DNA of 64,000 nucleotides from Gammaproteobacteria bacterium (GTDB lineage: Bacteria > Pseudomonadota > Gammaproteobacteria > Chromatiales > Chromatiaceae), in contig JASJCU010000001.1 of NCBI GenBank assembly GCA_030065815.1, positions 1,518 through 65,517 on the forward strand. Reading direction: 5' to 3'. A program made the position numbers and the translations under genes. Under the pieces are notes generated by a model. That model had not been told where the DNA came from. It did not search any database and worked only from the letters and a program-made list of their open reading frames with translations. This document shows, piece after piece, positions 18,155 through 28,890 of this stretch. Position 1 is the stretch's first letter; every line of letters starts with the position of its first letter.

Positions 18155-18214
18155 GTCTTTGGATTCCCGTGCTATTTTCGTCTTGAATAGGACCCGTCCG
18201 GGCGACGAACGATT

Positions 18215-18415
18215 TCACGACGGACCCGAACGCCCGCGCCGGCTGCGCCGCGCGTGCCACAGCAACGGCACGATCGCACCGCCGAACGTCGCGGCCATCG
18301 ACAGTTCGCGCGTGCCACCGAGCGCCAGTACGCTGAACCCGGACGCCGCACCAAGCATTACCGACAGCACGACGAGCCGGATGGTGCGACAGATGCGGCA
18401 GCCTGTCCTCGACAT
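18215..18415 (-). CDS. possible small two-helix membrane protein
   Basis: 66-aa ORF with two hydrophobic segments and mostly G/C third positions by eye. No recognisable family and no clear SD. Confidence 0.3.
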   Translation of the reverse strand: MSRTGCRICRTIRLVVLSVMLGAASGFSVLALGGTRELSMAATFGGAIVPLLWHARRSRRGRSGPS

Positions 18416-18545
18416 CGCTGGCGAATCCCTCCCCGGCGTTGAGTCGCCACGCGCCGCGTATTACAGATGGCGCAGGCCCGAATCAGCCGATAGCGTCGCT
18501 GCGCGCTGCATCGCCCAGCGTATCCGGAGCCCGTTCCGCGGCGTC

Positions 18546-19603
18546 ATGCACTCGGTCGTCACCGACTGGGCCGACGCGGCGACCATCGACGGCAGGCAGT
18601 GCGCGCCGTACGTGCGCGGCGAGTGCCTGTACGAAGATCTCGACGACGGCGCCGTCATGATCGTTCCCGGCGTCAAGTATGGCACCTGGTCGCGCCAGGC
18701 CGGTTTCCGTCGCGCGCCGGTACGCATGCCGAGCTTCGACGCCCGGGTCCGCGAACAGCGTGACAGGCTGCTGGCAGCGGTCAGGCAGCACGCCGACGAC
18801 CTGCCCTTTGCGCTCGTCGACCGCTTCGAACTGTGGCTGCTGCATGCGACGACCGGGGTGCCGCTGGCGCTGATCGCGTCGGCCTGCGACGCGGCGGCGT
18901 GTGACCCGCCGGGCACGCCGCGCTGCACGCGGGGTCAGCGCTGTCTCGCCGGGCTGCCGTCGACGCCGCCGCCGGGCCGGTCGCCGCTTCGCATTTCGCG
19001 TCGCTGTACGTCGACGCCGGGGCACTGTCGGCCGCGCAGCGGCCGCTGTTGCAGCGCCTGTTCGACCGGCAGGCACCGGCAATCCTGCACCTGCGGGTAC
19101 TCGGTGACGCGACCCGTCTGCGTTTCGAACGCGCGGCGTGCCGCCACGCCCTGCGCCTCGCCGAACAGCTGCCGCTGTGCCCGCGCGTGATCGACCGCCA
19201 GGCGATCACGGCAGCACGGGTCGAGGCACGCATGCGCCGCGCGCGCGGCGTGCACGAACGCGGGCGCGATGGCGATGACGGCCTGTCTCCGGACTATGTC
19301 GATATGTCGAGGTGCCCGACGGCCGATCACGCGGCAGCGGCGCGGACACAGGCCCGGCGGCCCTGTCAACGGCGGCCGGCGGCGGTCGCGACCGGCGTCG
19401 ACGACGGCGCTGGCGGCATCCCCCGGGGACGCCGGCCGGCAATGTTGGGGATCAGCGCGCTCAGTAGTGCGGCGGGGGCGGCTCACTGCCGCCGTCGGCG
19501 TCGAGCGGCGACGGCCGCAACTCGCGCAGCTCCTGCTGCAGGCGGTCGAGGGCCGCGCGCAGGTCGTCGATCTGGCGCCCCTGGCGCACGAAGACCTCGT
19601 TGA
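18546..19603 (+). pseudogene. unknown-function gene with an apparent frame change near 18905..18990 (pseudogene or assembly error)
   Basis: G/C-rich third positions follow the frame of ORF 18111..19190 from MHSVVTDWADAATIDG... to ...LIASACDAAA. They then follow the frame of ORF 19049..19603 (HFASLYVDAGALSAAQRPLLQRLFDRQAPAILHLRVLGD...). The tail of that frame runs antisense through slyX. Confidence 0.3.
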
Positions 19604-19667
19604 GCGCCTCGATCGCCAGCTCCTGGTGGGCGAATCTCGTCTGCAGGTCCTCGAGCGCGTCGCTCAT
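19461..19667 (-). CDS. slyX: SlyX-family coiled-coil protein
   Basis: [47 protein letters not shown]..., 68 aa. Its ATG at 19667 overlaps the purL stop (ATGA). Confidence 0.75.
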   Translation of the reverse strand: MSDALEDLQTRFAHQELAIEALNEVFVRQGRQIDDLRAALDRLQQELRELRPSPLDADGGSEPPPPHY

Positions 19668-22600
19668 GCCAGCCAGCGCCGCGCGTTGCGGAACAGGCGC
19701 CGCCATGGCGCGTCCTCGATCCAGCCGTCCGGCCGCCACGAATGCTGCACCGCGCGCACGACACGCTCCGGGTGCGGCATCATGATCGTGACCCGGCCGT
19801 CGGTCGTCGTCAGGCCGGTGATGCCCTCCGGCGAGCCGTTCGGGTTGGCCGGGTAGCGGACCGCCGGTTCGCCGCCGTTCTCGACATAGCGCAGTGCGAC
19901 CTGCGGGCGTGCACTGTAGAGCTGCCCCGGCGCCGCGAACTCGGCACGGCCCTCACCGTGGGCGACGACGATCGGCAGCCGCGAGCCGGCCATGCCGTCG
20001 AGCAGGATCGACGCGGTCGGCATGACCTCGACCATGACCATGCGTGCCTCGAACTGCTCCGAGCGGTTGCGCACGAAATGCGGCCAGTGACCGGCACCGG
20101 GGATCAACGTCTTGAGGTTGGACAGCATCTGGCAGCCATTGCAGACGCCCAGGCCGAAGGTGTCGTCACGCTCGAAAAACGCGCTGAACTGGTCGCGCGC
20201 CCGGTCGTTGAACAGGATCGACTTGGCCCAGCCCTCGCCGGCGCCGAGCACGTCGCCGTAGCTGAAGCCGCCGCAGGCGACCAGCCCGTGAAAACCGTCG
20301 AGTGCGACCCGCCCGGCAAGGATGTCGGACATGTGCACGTCGACACACTCGAGACCGGCCTTGTTGAACGACGCGGCCATCTCGACCTGGCCGTTGACAC
20401 CCTGCTCGCGCAGGATCGCGACCCGCGGCCGGCGCTGCGCGACGAACGGCGCGCTGACGTCGTCGTTGTGATCGAACGTGAGCTGCACCGACAGGCCAGG
20501 GTCGTCGTCGGCGATGCGCGCGTACTCCTCGGCCGCGCAGTCGGGATCGTCGCGCAGTGCCTGCATCTGCGCGGTCGTCTCCGACCAGGCCTGCTGCAAC
20601 GCGACGCGCTCACCGTCGAACACGTCACGACCGCCGTGGCGGACGCGGATCACGCGATCCTCGCGCACCGTGCCGATCAGCTGGCAGCAATCGCCGAGGC
20701 CGGCGCGTTCGAGGGCGTTGAGCACGTCGTCGCTGTCGCTATGGCGCACCTGCAGCACGCCGCCGAGCTCTTCGTTGAACAACACCGCGACGTCGTCGTC
20801 GGCGAGACCGGCGAGATCGATGTCGAGACCGCAACGGCCGGCAAACGCCATCTCGCACAGGGTCGTGAACAGGCCGCCGTCCGAACGATCGTGGTAAGCG
20901 AGCAGCAGGCCGTCGCGGTTGAGTTCCTGGATCACGTCGAACATGCCGCGCAGCAGCAGCGGGTCGTCGACGTCGGGGGCATGCTCGCCGATCTGGCGGT
21001 AGACCTGGGCCAGCGCCGAGCCGCCGAGACGGTTGCGGCCGCGGCCGAGGTCGATCAGCACCAGGTCGCTGTCACCGGCATCGCTGCGCAGCTGCGGCGT
21101 CAACGTGCGGCGGACGTCGTCGACCGGCGCGAACGCCGAGACGATCAGCGACAGCGGCGCGGTCATCTCGCGCTCGCCGTCGTCACCCTGCCAGACAGTG
21201 CGCATCGACATCGAGTCCTTGCCGACCGGCACCGCGATACCGAGCGCCGGGCACAGTTCCATGCCCACGGCACGCACGGTGTCGTACAGGCGCGCGTCCT
21301 CGCCCGGGTAACCGGCCGCGGCCATCCAGTTGGCCGACAGCTTGACGTCGCCGAGCCGCGCGATCGACGCCGCGGCCAGGTTGGTCAGCGCCTCGCCGAT
21401 CGCCATGCGCCCGGAGGCCGCGGCGTCGAGCAATGCCAGCGGCGTGCGCTCGCCCATGCTCATCGCCTCGCCGCAATAGCCGTCGTAGTCGGCGATCGTC
21501 ACCGCGACATCGGCGACCGGCACCTGCCACGGACCGACCATCTGGTCGCGCGCGACCATGCCGGTGATGCTGCGATCGCCGATCGTGATCAGAAAGGTCT
21601 TGTCGGCGACCGTCGGCAACCGGAGCACGCGCCCGGCCGCGTCGCCGACGGTCACGCCGTCGAGCTGCAGCGGACGCAGCTGCGGCGTGACCCGAGCGAC
21701 GTCGCGGTGCATGCGCGGCGGCTTGCCGAACAGCAGCGACATCGGCATGTCGATCGGCGTGGCGTCGAAATGGCGATCACCGAGTACCAGCCGCTGCTCG
21801 TCGGTCGCCTCGCCGACCACCGCGTAGGGACAGCGCTCGCGCGCGCAGATCGCCTCGAACTCGGCGAGGCGTTCGCGGGCGACGGCCAGCACGTAGCGCT
21901 CCTGCGCCTCGTTGCACCAGATCTCCATCGGCGTCATGCCGGGGTCGGCGTTGGGCACCTCGCGCAGCTCGAAGGCGCCGCCGCGATCGCCGTCGTGCAC
22001 CAGCTCGGGCAGGGCGTTCGACAGGCCACCGGCGCCGACGTCGTGGATGAACAGCACCGGGTTGTCGGCGCCGCGCTGCCAGCAGCGGTCGATGACCTCC
22101 TGGCAGCGCCGCTCCATCTCCGGGTTGGCGCGTTGCACCGACGCGAAATCGAGATCCTCGGCCGACGCGCCCGAGGCCATCGACGATGCCGCGCCGCCGC
22201 CGAGGCCGATCAGCATCGCCGGACCGCCGAGCACGACCAGCGGCGTGCCGGCCGGGAAGGCCTGCTTCTCGACGTGGTCGGAACGGATGTTGCCGAGACC
22301 ACCGGCCAGCATGATCGGCTTGTGGTAGCCGCGCAGCTCGTCGCCAGCGGCGCCGGGCACGCGCTCCTCGAAGGTGCGGAAATAGCCGAGCAGGTTCGGC
22401 CGGCCGAACTCGTTGTTGAAGGCCGCGGCACCGATCGGCCCCTCGAGCATGATGTCGAGTGCGCTGACGATGCGCCCCGGGCGACCGAAGTCCTCCTCCC
22501 ACGGCTGTCCGGCGCCCGGTAGACGCAGGTTCGACACCGAGAAACCGCACAACCCGGCCTTCGGCTTGGCACCGACGCCAGTCGCGCCCTCGTCGCGGAT

Positions 22601-23542
22601 CTCGCCGCCGACGCCGGTCGCCGCGCCCGGGTCGGGCGAGATCGCGGTCGGGTGGTTGTGCGTCTCGACCTTCATCAGGATGTTGATGCGCTCGTCGTGA
22701 CGGCCGTAGACGCCGCTCGCGGGATCCGGATAGAAGCGGTAGCCGTCGCTGCCGCGAATCACGGCGGCGTTGTCGCGGTACGCCGACAGCACGTTGTCCG
22801 GTGTACGCTCGGTGGTGTTGCGGATCATCGCGAACAGCGACTTCGGCTGGTCCTTGCCATCGATCGACCAGCTGGCGTTGAAGATCTTGTGCCGGCAATG
22901 CTCGGAATTGGCCTGAGCGAACATCATCAGCTCGACGTCGCTGGGGTTGCGCCCGAGCGCAGTGAAGCTCGCGACCAGGTAGTCGATCTCGTCGTCGGAC
23001 AGCGCCAGGCCGAGCTCACCATTGGCGCGCAGCAGCGCGTCGCGTCCACCGCCGAGCACGTCGACGTTGCCGAACGGTTGCGGTTCGGCATGCCGGAACA
23101 GGCGGGCGGCATCATCGAGCGCCGCCAGCACGACCTGCGTCATGCGGTCGTGGAGGCGCGCCGCGACCGCCGCGCGCACGGCGCCATCCAGCGCCACGCC
23201 GTCGACGCGGTAGGCGATACCGCGCTCGATACGGCGTATCCGGTCGATCCCACAGTTGTGCGCGATATCGGTCGCCTTGCTCGACCACGGCGAGATCGTG
23301 CCGGGCCGCGGTACGACGAGGAACAGTTCACCCTGCCCATCAGCGTCGACGTGCGCCGGGCCGTAATCGAGCAGGCGTTCGAGGATCGTCTGCTCGCGGT
23401 CGCCGAGCACGCTGTCGATGTCGACGAAGTGCATGAACACCGCACCCAGGCGCGGTAGCGCGCCGATCTCGTTGGCCAGCTGGCGGGCGAGTTTCTCGAG
23501 ACGGAATTCGGAGACGGCGGGCGCGCCGCGCAGTGTCAGCAT
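19664..23542 (-). CDS. purL: phosphoribosylformylglycinamidine synthase (single-chain large PurL)
   Basis: 1292 aa, with the N-terminal [18 protein letters not shown], the FGAM synthetase core and a C-terminal glutaminase (GVCNGCQML). Confidence 0.97.
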   Translation of the reverse strand: MLTLRGAPAVSEFRLEKLARQLANEIGALPRLGAVFMHFVDIDSVLGDREQTILERLLDYGPAHVDADGQGELFLVVPRPGTISPWSSKATDIAHNCGIDRIRRIERGIAYRVDGVALDGAVRAAVAARLHDRMTQVVLAALDDAARLFRHAEPQPFGNVDVLGGGRDALLRANGELGLALSDDEIDYLVASFTALGRNPSDVELMMFAQANSEHCRHKIFNASWSIDGKDQPKSLFAMIRNTTERTPDNVLSAYRDNAAVIRGSDGYRFYPDPASGVYGRHDERINILMKVETHNHPTAISPDPGAATGVGGEIRDEGATGVGAKPKAGLCGFSVSNLRLPGAGQPWEEDFGRPGRIVSALDIMLEGPIGAAAFNNEFGRPNLLGYFRTFEERVPGAAGDELRGYHKPIMLAGGLGNIRSDHVEKQAFPAGTPLVVLGGPAMLIGLGGGAASSMASGASAEDLDFASVQRANPEMERRCQEVIDRCWQRGADNPVLFIHDVGAGGLSNALPELVHDGDRGGAFELREVPNADPGMTPMEIWCNEAQERYVLAVARERLAEFEAICARERCPYAVVGEATDEQRLVLGDRHFDATPIDMPMSLLFGKPPRMHRDVARVTPQLRPLQLDGVTVGDAAGRVLRLPTVADKTFLITIGDRSITGMVARDQMVGPWQVPVADVAVTIADYDGYCGEAMSMGERTPLALLDAAASGRMAIGEALTNLAAASIARLGDVKLSANWMAAAGYPGEDARLYDTVRAVGMELCPALGIAVPVGKDSMSMRTVWQGDDGEREMTAPLSLIVSAFAPVDDVRRTLTPQLRSDAGDSDLVLIDLGRGRNRLGGSALAQVYRQIGEHAPDVDDPLLLRGMFDVIQELNRDGLLLAYHDRSDGGLFTTLCEMAFAGRCGLDIDLAGLADDDVAVLFNEELGGVLQVRHSDSDDVLNALERAGLGDCCQLIGTVREDRVIRVRHGGRDVFDGERVALQQAWSETTAQMQALRDDPDCAAEEYARIADDDPGLSVQLTFDHNDDVSAPFVAQRRPRVAILREQGVNGQVEMAASFNKAGLECVDVHMSDILAGRVALDGFHGLVACGGFSYGDVLGAGEGWAKSILFNDRARDQFSAFFERDDTFGLGVCNGCQMLSNLKTLIPGAGHWPHFVRNRSEQFEARMVMVEVMPTASILLDGMAGSRLPIVVAHGEGRAEFAAPGQLYSARPQVALRYVENGGEPAVRYPANPNGSPEGITGLTTTDGRVTIMMPHPERVVRAVQHSWRPDGWIEDAPWRRLFRNARRWLA

Positions 23543-23605
23543 GGAAACCCCGGGTACAGCCGGACGGTTGGGACGGGGAGATGATACTCGACGCCCGCTC
23601 GGGCG

Positions 23606-24379
23606 TCAGGGCGATATCGCGAACCAGTCGCTGGCCTCGTCCTGGATCAGCAGGCTCAGGCAGCCGTCGAGCTCCCCGGAGACCGCCAGCAGCGCATCGC
23701 GCGCGAGCGCCGGCGAGTTGTTCTTCTCGCTGAGATGCGCGGCGACCAGGTGACGCAGGCGACAGTGGTCGATGCGCCGCAGAAAGTCGGCGGCCTGGCC
23801 GTTGTTCAGGTGCCCGTAGTGACCGCCGACGCGCGCCTGCAGGCTCGGTGGATAGGGGCCGGTCGCGAGCAGGTCGGGGTCGTGGTTGCATTCCAGCAGC
23901 AGCGCATCGACGCCGTCGAAGGCGGCGACGACACGCGGCGTGATGCTGCCGAGATCGGTCAACAACCCGAGCCGCGCATCGCGGTGATCGAACACGAACT
24001 GCGTCGGTTCGCGCGCGTCGTGCGGCACCGCTACCGGTGTTATCGCCAGATCGCCGATCGCGAACCTACCAGCATGCGCCGCGAACAGTTCGAGTTCGGC
24101 GATCGCGCCAAAATCGGCCGCATGCCAGGTACCGTGGCTCATCCAGACCGGTAGCCCAAAGCGGCGCGCCACGGCGCCGACACCACGCATGTGGTCGCCG
24201 TGCTCGTGGGTTACCAGGATCGCCGACAGGCTGTCCGGATCGAACGCCAGGCGTTGGCAGCGCGCGACGAACTCGCGCGCGGCGAAACCGCAATCGACCA
24301 GGATACGGGTCTCGCCGGCCTCGACCAGCGTGGCGTTGCCACGGCTCCCGCTACCCAGCGAGGCGAAGCGAAACGGCAT
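23606..24379 (-). CDS. MBL-fold metallo-hydrolase
   Basis: ILVDCG...VTHEHGDHMRG (HxHxDH) and downstream His/Asp ligand positions. 257 aa. Confidence 0.8.
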   Translation of the reverse strand: MPFRFASLGSGSRGNATLVEAGETRILVDCGFAAREFVARCQRLAFDPDSLSAILVTHEHGDHMRGVGAVARRFGLPVWMSHGTWHAADFGAIAELELFAAHAGRFAIGDLAITPVAVPHDAREPTQFVFDHRDARLGLLTDLGSITPRVVAAFDGVDALLLECNHDPDLLATGPYPPSLQARVGGHYGHLNNGQAADFLRRIDHCRLRHLVAAHLSEKNNSPALARDALLAVSGELDGCLSLLIQDEASDWFAISP

Positions 24380-24382
24380 CCG

Positions 24383-25555
24383 TCAGCGGATCTGCTCTTG
24401 CAACAGGGTCAGGATGCGGATCGCGGTCGGCGAGTTGTCCCGCTGCCCCTGCTCGTCGGCGACGACCACTACGGTGCGCCCGTCGCCGCTACCGACCTTG
24501 ACCTGGTAGCGATTGGTCGTGTCGATGTCGTCGTCGTTCGACCAGAACGCCAGTCTCGACAGCCAGCCCTTGTCCGCGTCCTGCTTGGACGGATCGTTGT
24601 AGCGCACGTAGTAGATGCCGCTGGAGCGATCGCGATCCTCGACGGCGAAACCGACCCGGTCCAGCGTCAGGCCAACGATCCGCCAGGCGCGGTTGAAGCT
24701 CTCGTCGATCAGCAGCTGGGTGCCGTCGCGCGTGTTCAGCAATTGCGAGCGCTGGCGCTGCTCGGCGGCGCCGGCCGCCAGGCGTGCCCGGGCACGTTCG
24801 TCGGTGGCCCCCATGTAGACCATCAGCCGGCGCAGCATCTCGCCTTCGAGCCCGGGGTCGCGCTCGCGCGGTGTCCAGACCGTGTTCTCGACGCCGCCGC
24901 TGCTCGCGGCGATCACCTGCTCCTGCATGCCGTAATGGGTCAAGTACAGCTCGGTGCCGTTGTTCGGAGTGCGCTCGAGGCGGACGCGGTACTGGTCGCG
25001 CGTGCCGGTATCGTACAGACCATCGACGGCCCTGCGGATCGTGTCGGTGATGAAGTTGCGCGGGATCTCGGCGCGGTTCTCCAGCCACGAGGTGCGCATT
25101 ACACCGACGGTCGGGTCCTGCTCGGCCATCAGGATGCCGTTCTCCTGCCAGAAATCGACGACTTTCTGCCACACCGTCTCGACCGGGGCATTGATCTGCA
25201 GCCAGCGCTCGTCGCCGTCGCGCCTGACCTGGATGTCGCGGATCACCGGCAACACGTCGCCGGATATGGCGCCGCGTGGCGCCTCGTCGACACCGCGCAG
25301 CCGGCGATCGGTCAGGTACTCGGAGTAGCTGGTCGACAGGCCGCCGAAGGTATCGGGCACGCTCATGCGGTCGTTGATGCGGTCGCTGGTCAGGTCCGGC
25401 GGGATCTCGAGGTTACGCTCGGCCTGCTGCTCGCGTTTGTACTCGACCGCCTTGTCCGGCAGCACGTCATCGACGTTGACGCTGCCACAGGCGGTCAGCG
25501 CCAGGGCCAGCGCCGCTGGGATCAGGTTGCGGGTCAGCTTGTTCATAATGGTCAT
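24383..25555 (-). CDS. bamC: outer membrane protein assembly factor BamC (NlpB) lipoprotein
   Basis: Lipobox LALALTAC, and the position immediately downstream of dapA matches the classical dapA-bamC pair. The start is ATG 25555 or 25546. Confidence 0.75.
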   Translation of the reverse strand: MTIMNKLTRNLIPAALALALTACGSVNVDDVLPDKAVEYKREQQAERNLEIPPDLTSDRINDRMSVPDTFGGLSTSYSEYLTDRRLRGVDEAPRGAISGDVLPVIRDIQVRRDGDERWLQINAPVETVWQKVVDFWQENGILMAEQDPTVGVMRTSWLENRAEIPRNFITDTIRRAVDGLYDTGTRDQYRVRLERTPNNGTELYLTHYGMQEQVIAASSGGVENTVWTPRERDPGLEGEMLRRLMVYMGATDERARARLAAGAAEQRQRSQLLNTRDGTQLLIDESFNRAWRIVGLTLDRVGFAVEDRDRSSGIYYVRYNDPSKQDADKGWLSRLAFWSNDDDIDTTNRYQVKVGSGDGRTVVVVADEQGQRDNSPTAIRILTLLQEQIR

Positions 25556-25602
25556 GTTCCCACGCGACTGGTAGGCCCAGCGCGCATTCAATGCATTGCC
25601 AA

Positions 25603-26478
25603 TCAGAGGATTCCGGCCTGCTGCATCGTCGTGCGCAGGCGTTCATGGTGTTCCGGGGACAGCGCCGTCAACGGCAGGCGGATACCGCTGCCGATCCGCC
25701 CCATCTCCGCCAGCGCCCATTTCACCGGGATCGGATTGCTCTCGACGAACAGGTCGCGGTGCAGGCCGGCGAGCGTGGCATCGATCTCGGCCGCCTTGGC
25801 CGCATCGCCGGCCAGCGCCGCGGCGCACATCGCGTGCATCGCCGCCGGGGCCACGTTAGCGGTTACCGAGATGTCGCCGTTCGCACCGCGCAGGATGGCC
25901 TCGCGTGCGGTCGCGTCGTCGCCACTGTAGATCGCGAAACCGGGCGTCGTCAGCTCGCGCAGGCGCGGTATTCGCTCGACGTCGCCGGTTGCCTCCTTGA
26001 CGCCGACGATGTTGGCGACCGCGGCCAGCCGGCCGACCGTCTCCGGCAGCATATCGACGGCGGTCCGCCCGGGCACGTTGTACAGGATCTGCTCGATGTC
26101 GACGGCCTCGGCGACCGCCACGTGGTGCCGGTACAGGCCCTCCTGGGTCGGCTTGTTGTAATACGGTGTGACCAGCAGGCAGGCGTCGGCACCGGCCGAC
26201 TTGGCGCAGCTCGTCAGCGCGATCGCCTCGCTGGTCGAGTTGGCGCCGGTACCGGCGATCACCGGGATGCGGCCGGCCGCGAACTCGACCGCCAGCCCGA
26301 TCACGCGGCAGTGCTCGGCCTCGTCGAGCGTCGCCGATTCGCCGGTCGTGCCAACCGCGACAATCGCGTCGCTGCCCTGTTCGACGTGCCAGTCGATCAG
26401 GCGCCGGAAGGCCGCGTCGTCGACGCTGCCGTCCGCGTGCATAGGGGTAACGATGGCGACCAGACTGCCCTGGATCAT
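25603..26478 (-). CDS. dapA: 4-hydroxy-tetrahydrodipicolinate synthase
   Basis: [13 protein letters not shown]...GTTGESATL...[13 protein letters not shown]...GVKEATG. 291 aa. Confidence 0.95.
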   Translation of the reverse strand: MIQGSLVAIVTPMHADGSVDDAAFRRLIDWHVEQGSDAIVAVGTTGESATLDEAEHCRVIGLAVEFAAGRIPVIAGTGANSTSEAIALTSCAKSAGADACLLVTPYYNKPTQEGLYRHHVAVAEAVDIEQILYNVPGRTAVDMLPETVGRLAAVANIVGVKEATGDVERIPRLRELTTPGFAIYSGDDATAREAILRGANGDISVTANVAPAAMHAMCAAALAGDAAKAAEIDATLAGLHRDLFVESNPIPVKWALAEMGRIGSGIRLPLTALSPEHHERLRTTMQQAGIL

Positions 26479-26648
26479 CGGCGAACTCCGACCGGATCAA
26501 GCCCTAGATTCTATCGTGCCGGGTTTTGCGGTGCCAAGGGAAGCCGCGGCCGCGGCCGGCGATCAATGCCCCCATTAACACGGTCAGCTTGAGGGCCGCT
26601 GCGACCGGAAGTAGAACAGCGCAGGGGCAAGAAACGGATTTACCAGAC

Positions 26649-27737
26649 ATGAGTGAGACAGGCGACAGCATCCGCGAGATCCGGATCAACCCGATCGTAC
26701 CGACCGAGTCGGTGCTGGTGGCGACGGCGCGCGGCATGCGACCGAAGAAGGCCGAGGAGCAGGTCGAGCGCGATAGCCGCACGCATGTCGAGACCTGCCC
26801 GTTCTGTCGCGGCAACGAGGAACGCACGCCGCCACAGATTGCCGCGTTCCCCGACGGCGACGACTGGGATATCCGCATCGTGCCCAACCTGTACCCGGTG
26901 CTGGGCGACGACCGCGCGCAGCCGAACATCGCGTTCGGCCTGCAGCAGGTGATCGACGGTTACGGCCGCCACGAGGTCGTCATCGACAACCCCAGCCACG
27001 GCATCGCGCTGCACGAAATGCGCGAGGACCACCTGGCGCGCCTGTTCGATGTCTACCGGCAGCGTATGGGTGAACTCTACGCTTCCGACCCGCGCCTGAA
27101 ATATGTCCTCGTTTTCAAGAACTTCGGCCCCGCCGCCGGGGCCAGCATCGCACACACGCACAGCCAGATCATCGCCACGCCGGTGGTCCCCGAGAACGTA
27201 CAGAACGAGGTCCAGCACAGCCGCGAGTACCAGCGCAAGTACAATCACTGCGTGTTCTGCTCGCTGATCGACGAGGCGCTGACCTACGAGGCGACGATCT
27301 ACGATCGCAGCTCCGGGCAGGTACGGCGCAAGATCAACGTCGGTCAATATGTCGTCGAGCGCGGCGAGCGTTTCGTCGCGATCAAACCGTTCGCGAGCCG
27401 CTTCGAGTGGGAGATCCACATCCTGCCACTGCAGCACCAGTCGGACTTCCTCAAGGCCAGCGGCGAAGACATGGCCGATTTCGCACGCGTGCTCCAGTGC
27501 ACGATGGCTCGCCTCGACAAGGTGGTCGGCGGCGTGCAGTACAATTTCTTTCTGCACTCGGTGCCGCACGGCAGCGAGTTCGACGACTGCGACAGCAGCT
27601 ACCACTGGCACGTCGAGATCTGTCCACGCACCAGCATTCCGACCGGCTTCGAACTCGGCTCCGGGCTGTTCGTCAGCACCGTGAGCCCCGAGGCCGCGGC
27701 CGAGGCGCTGCGTGCGGCCGATATCGGCGATCGGTAG
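26649..27737 (+). CDS. GalT-family (HIT branch) nucleotidyltransferase; candidate APS:phosphate adenylyltransferase-like enzyme
   Basis: CPFC zinc motif near the N-terminus and the active-site HxHxQ motif as HTHSQ. ~362 aa. No gal genes are nearby. Confidence 0.7.
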   Translation: MSETGDSIREIRINPIVPTESVLVATARGMRPKKAEEQVERDSRTHVETCPFCRGNEERTPPQIAAFPDGDDWDIRIVPNLYPVLGDDRAQPNIAFGLQQVIDGYGRHEVVIDNPSHGIALHEMREDHLARLFDVYRQRMGELYASDPRLKYVLVFKNFGPAAGASIAHTHSQIIATPVVPENVQNEVQHSREYQRKYNHCVFCSLIDEALTYEATIYDRSSGQVRRKINVGQYVVERGERFVAIKPFASRFEWEIHILPLQHQSDFLKASGEDMADFARVLQCTMARLDKVVGGVQYNFFLHSVPHGSEFDDCDSSYHWHVEICPRTSIPTGFELGSGLFVSTVSPEAAAEALRAADIGDR

Positions 27738-27819
27738 AAAATCGAACCGGTTGGAGACAAACCAGACTGCCCGGCAGTAAACTCACGGTTTCACCGCGAA
27801 ATCACCCGTCACCGGCACC

Positions 27820-28359
27820 ATGCCCGCAAAGAACAGCCATCTCGTGATATCCGCCCTGGGCCGCGACCGGCCGGGGATCGTCAACCAGATCTCCAAGGCG
27901 ATCTACGAACTCGACTGCAACATCACCGACAGCCGGATGACCGTGCTCGGCGGCGAGTTTGCGATCCTGCTGCTGGTCGAGGGACCGTGGAACCAGCTCG
28001 CCAGGCTCGAAGACCAGGTCCCGGATCTCGAACAGCGGCTCGACTTGACGATCACGACCAAGCGCACCGAGGAACGGGCCAGCGACGGCAACCTGCTGCC
28101 GTACGGCGTCGATGTGGTCGCGCTCGATCATCCGGGCATCGTCTACAGCCTGGCCACGTTCTTTTCCGACAAGAACATAAACATCGAGGACATGACAACG
28201 AGCTGCTATGCCGCCGCGCATACCGGCACACCGATGTTCTCAGTGCGGATGAGCATCGGCATTCCGGCAAACATCCACATCGCGGCACTGCGCGACGAGT
28301 TCATGGATTTCTGCGACGGCATGAACATCGACGCCGTGCTCGAGCCGATCAAAGGCTGA
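27820..28359 (+). CDS. gcvR: glycine cleavage system transcriptional repressor GcvR (tandem ACT domains)
   Basis: HLVISALGRDRPGIVNQISKAI...GGEFAILLLV, a second ACT repeat, and conserved gcvR-bcp adjacency. Confidence 0.75.
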   Translation: MPAKNSHLVISALGRDRPGIVNQISKAIYELDCNITDSRMTVLGGEFAILLLVEGPWNQLARLEDQVPDLEQRLDLTITTKRTEERASDGNLLPYGVDVVALDHPGIVYSLATFFSDKNINIEDMTTSCYAAAHTGTPMFSVRMSIGIPANIHIAALRDEFMDFCDGMNIDAVLEPIKG

Positions 28360-28383
28360 TCCCCGCTTCCGAGGTACCCAGCG

Positions 28384-28857
28384 ATGGCCGCAACAGCGCT
28401 CGGCAAGAAGGTCCCCAACGTGGTGCTGCACCTGACCGGCGACAAGACCGCGAAGCTCGCCGACTATCGCGGCCGACCGCTGGTGCTGTACTTCTACCCG
28501 AAGGCCAGTACGCCGGGTTGCACCCAGGAAGGCCTCGACTTCGCGGCGGCCATCGGCAAGTTTCGCCGCCAGTCGTGCGTGATCCTCGGCGCCTCGCGTG
28601 ACAGCCTCAAGGCGCAGGACAACTTCAAGGCCAAGCAGGGTTTTCCGTTCGACCTGGTCGCCGACAGGGACGAGACGCTGTGCGACGCCTTCGGCGTGAT
28701 CAAGATGAAGAACATGTACGGCAAACAGGTCCGCGGCATCGAACGCAGCACCTTCGTGATCGACGCCGCCGGCACACTGCGCCGCGAATGGCGCGGGGTC
28801 AAGGTCAAGGGTCACGTCGACGAGGTCCTCGACGCCGTCAAGGCCCTGAACAAGTAA
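28384..28857 (+). CDS. bcp: thioredoxin-dependent thiol peroxidase (Bcp peroxiredoxin)
   Basis: LYFYPKASTPGCTQE peroxidatic Cys motif. 157 aa. Confidence 0.9.
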   Translation: MAATALGKKVPNVVLHLTGDKTAKLADYRGRPLVLYFYPKASTPGCTQEGLDFAAAIGKFRRQSCVILGASRDSLKAQDNFKAKQGFPFDLVADRDETLCDAFGVIKMKNMYGKQVRGIERSTFVIDAAGTLRREWRGVKVKGHVDEVLDAVKALNK

Positions 28858-28890
28858 TCCCGCCGAACCCCTCGCCGCCTCCGGAGCAAC

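Noticed and set aside
16554-18260. The single 568-aa ORF in the track spanning msrQ and most of msrP.
   Set aside because: Only the C-terminal 212 residues (from [10 protein letters not shown]) look like MsrQ. The upstream part is an off-frame shadow of msrP (17192..18154), which has its own Tat leader and molybdopterin motifs.
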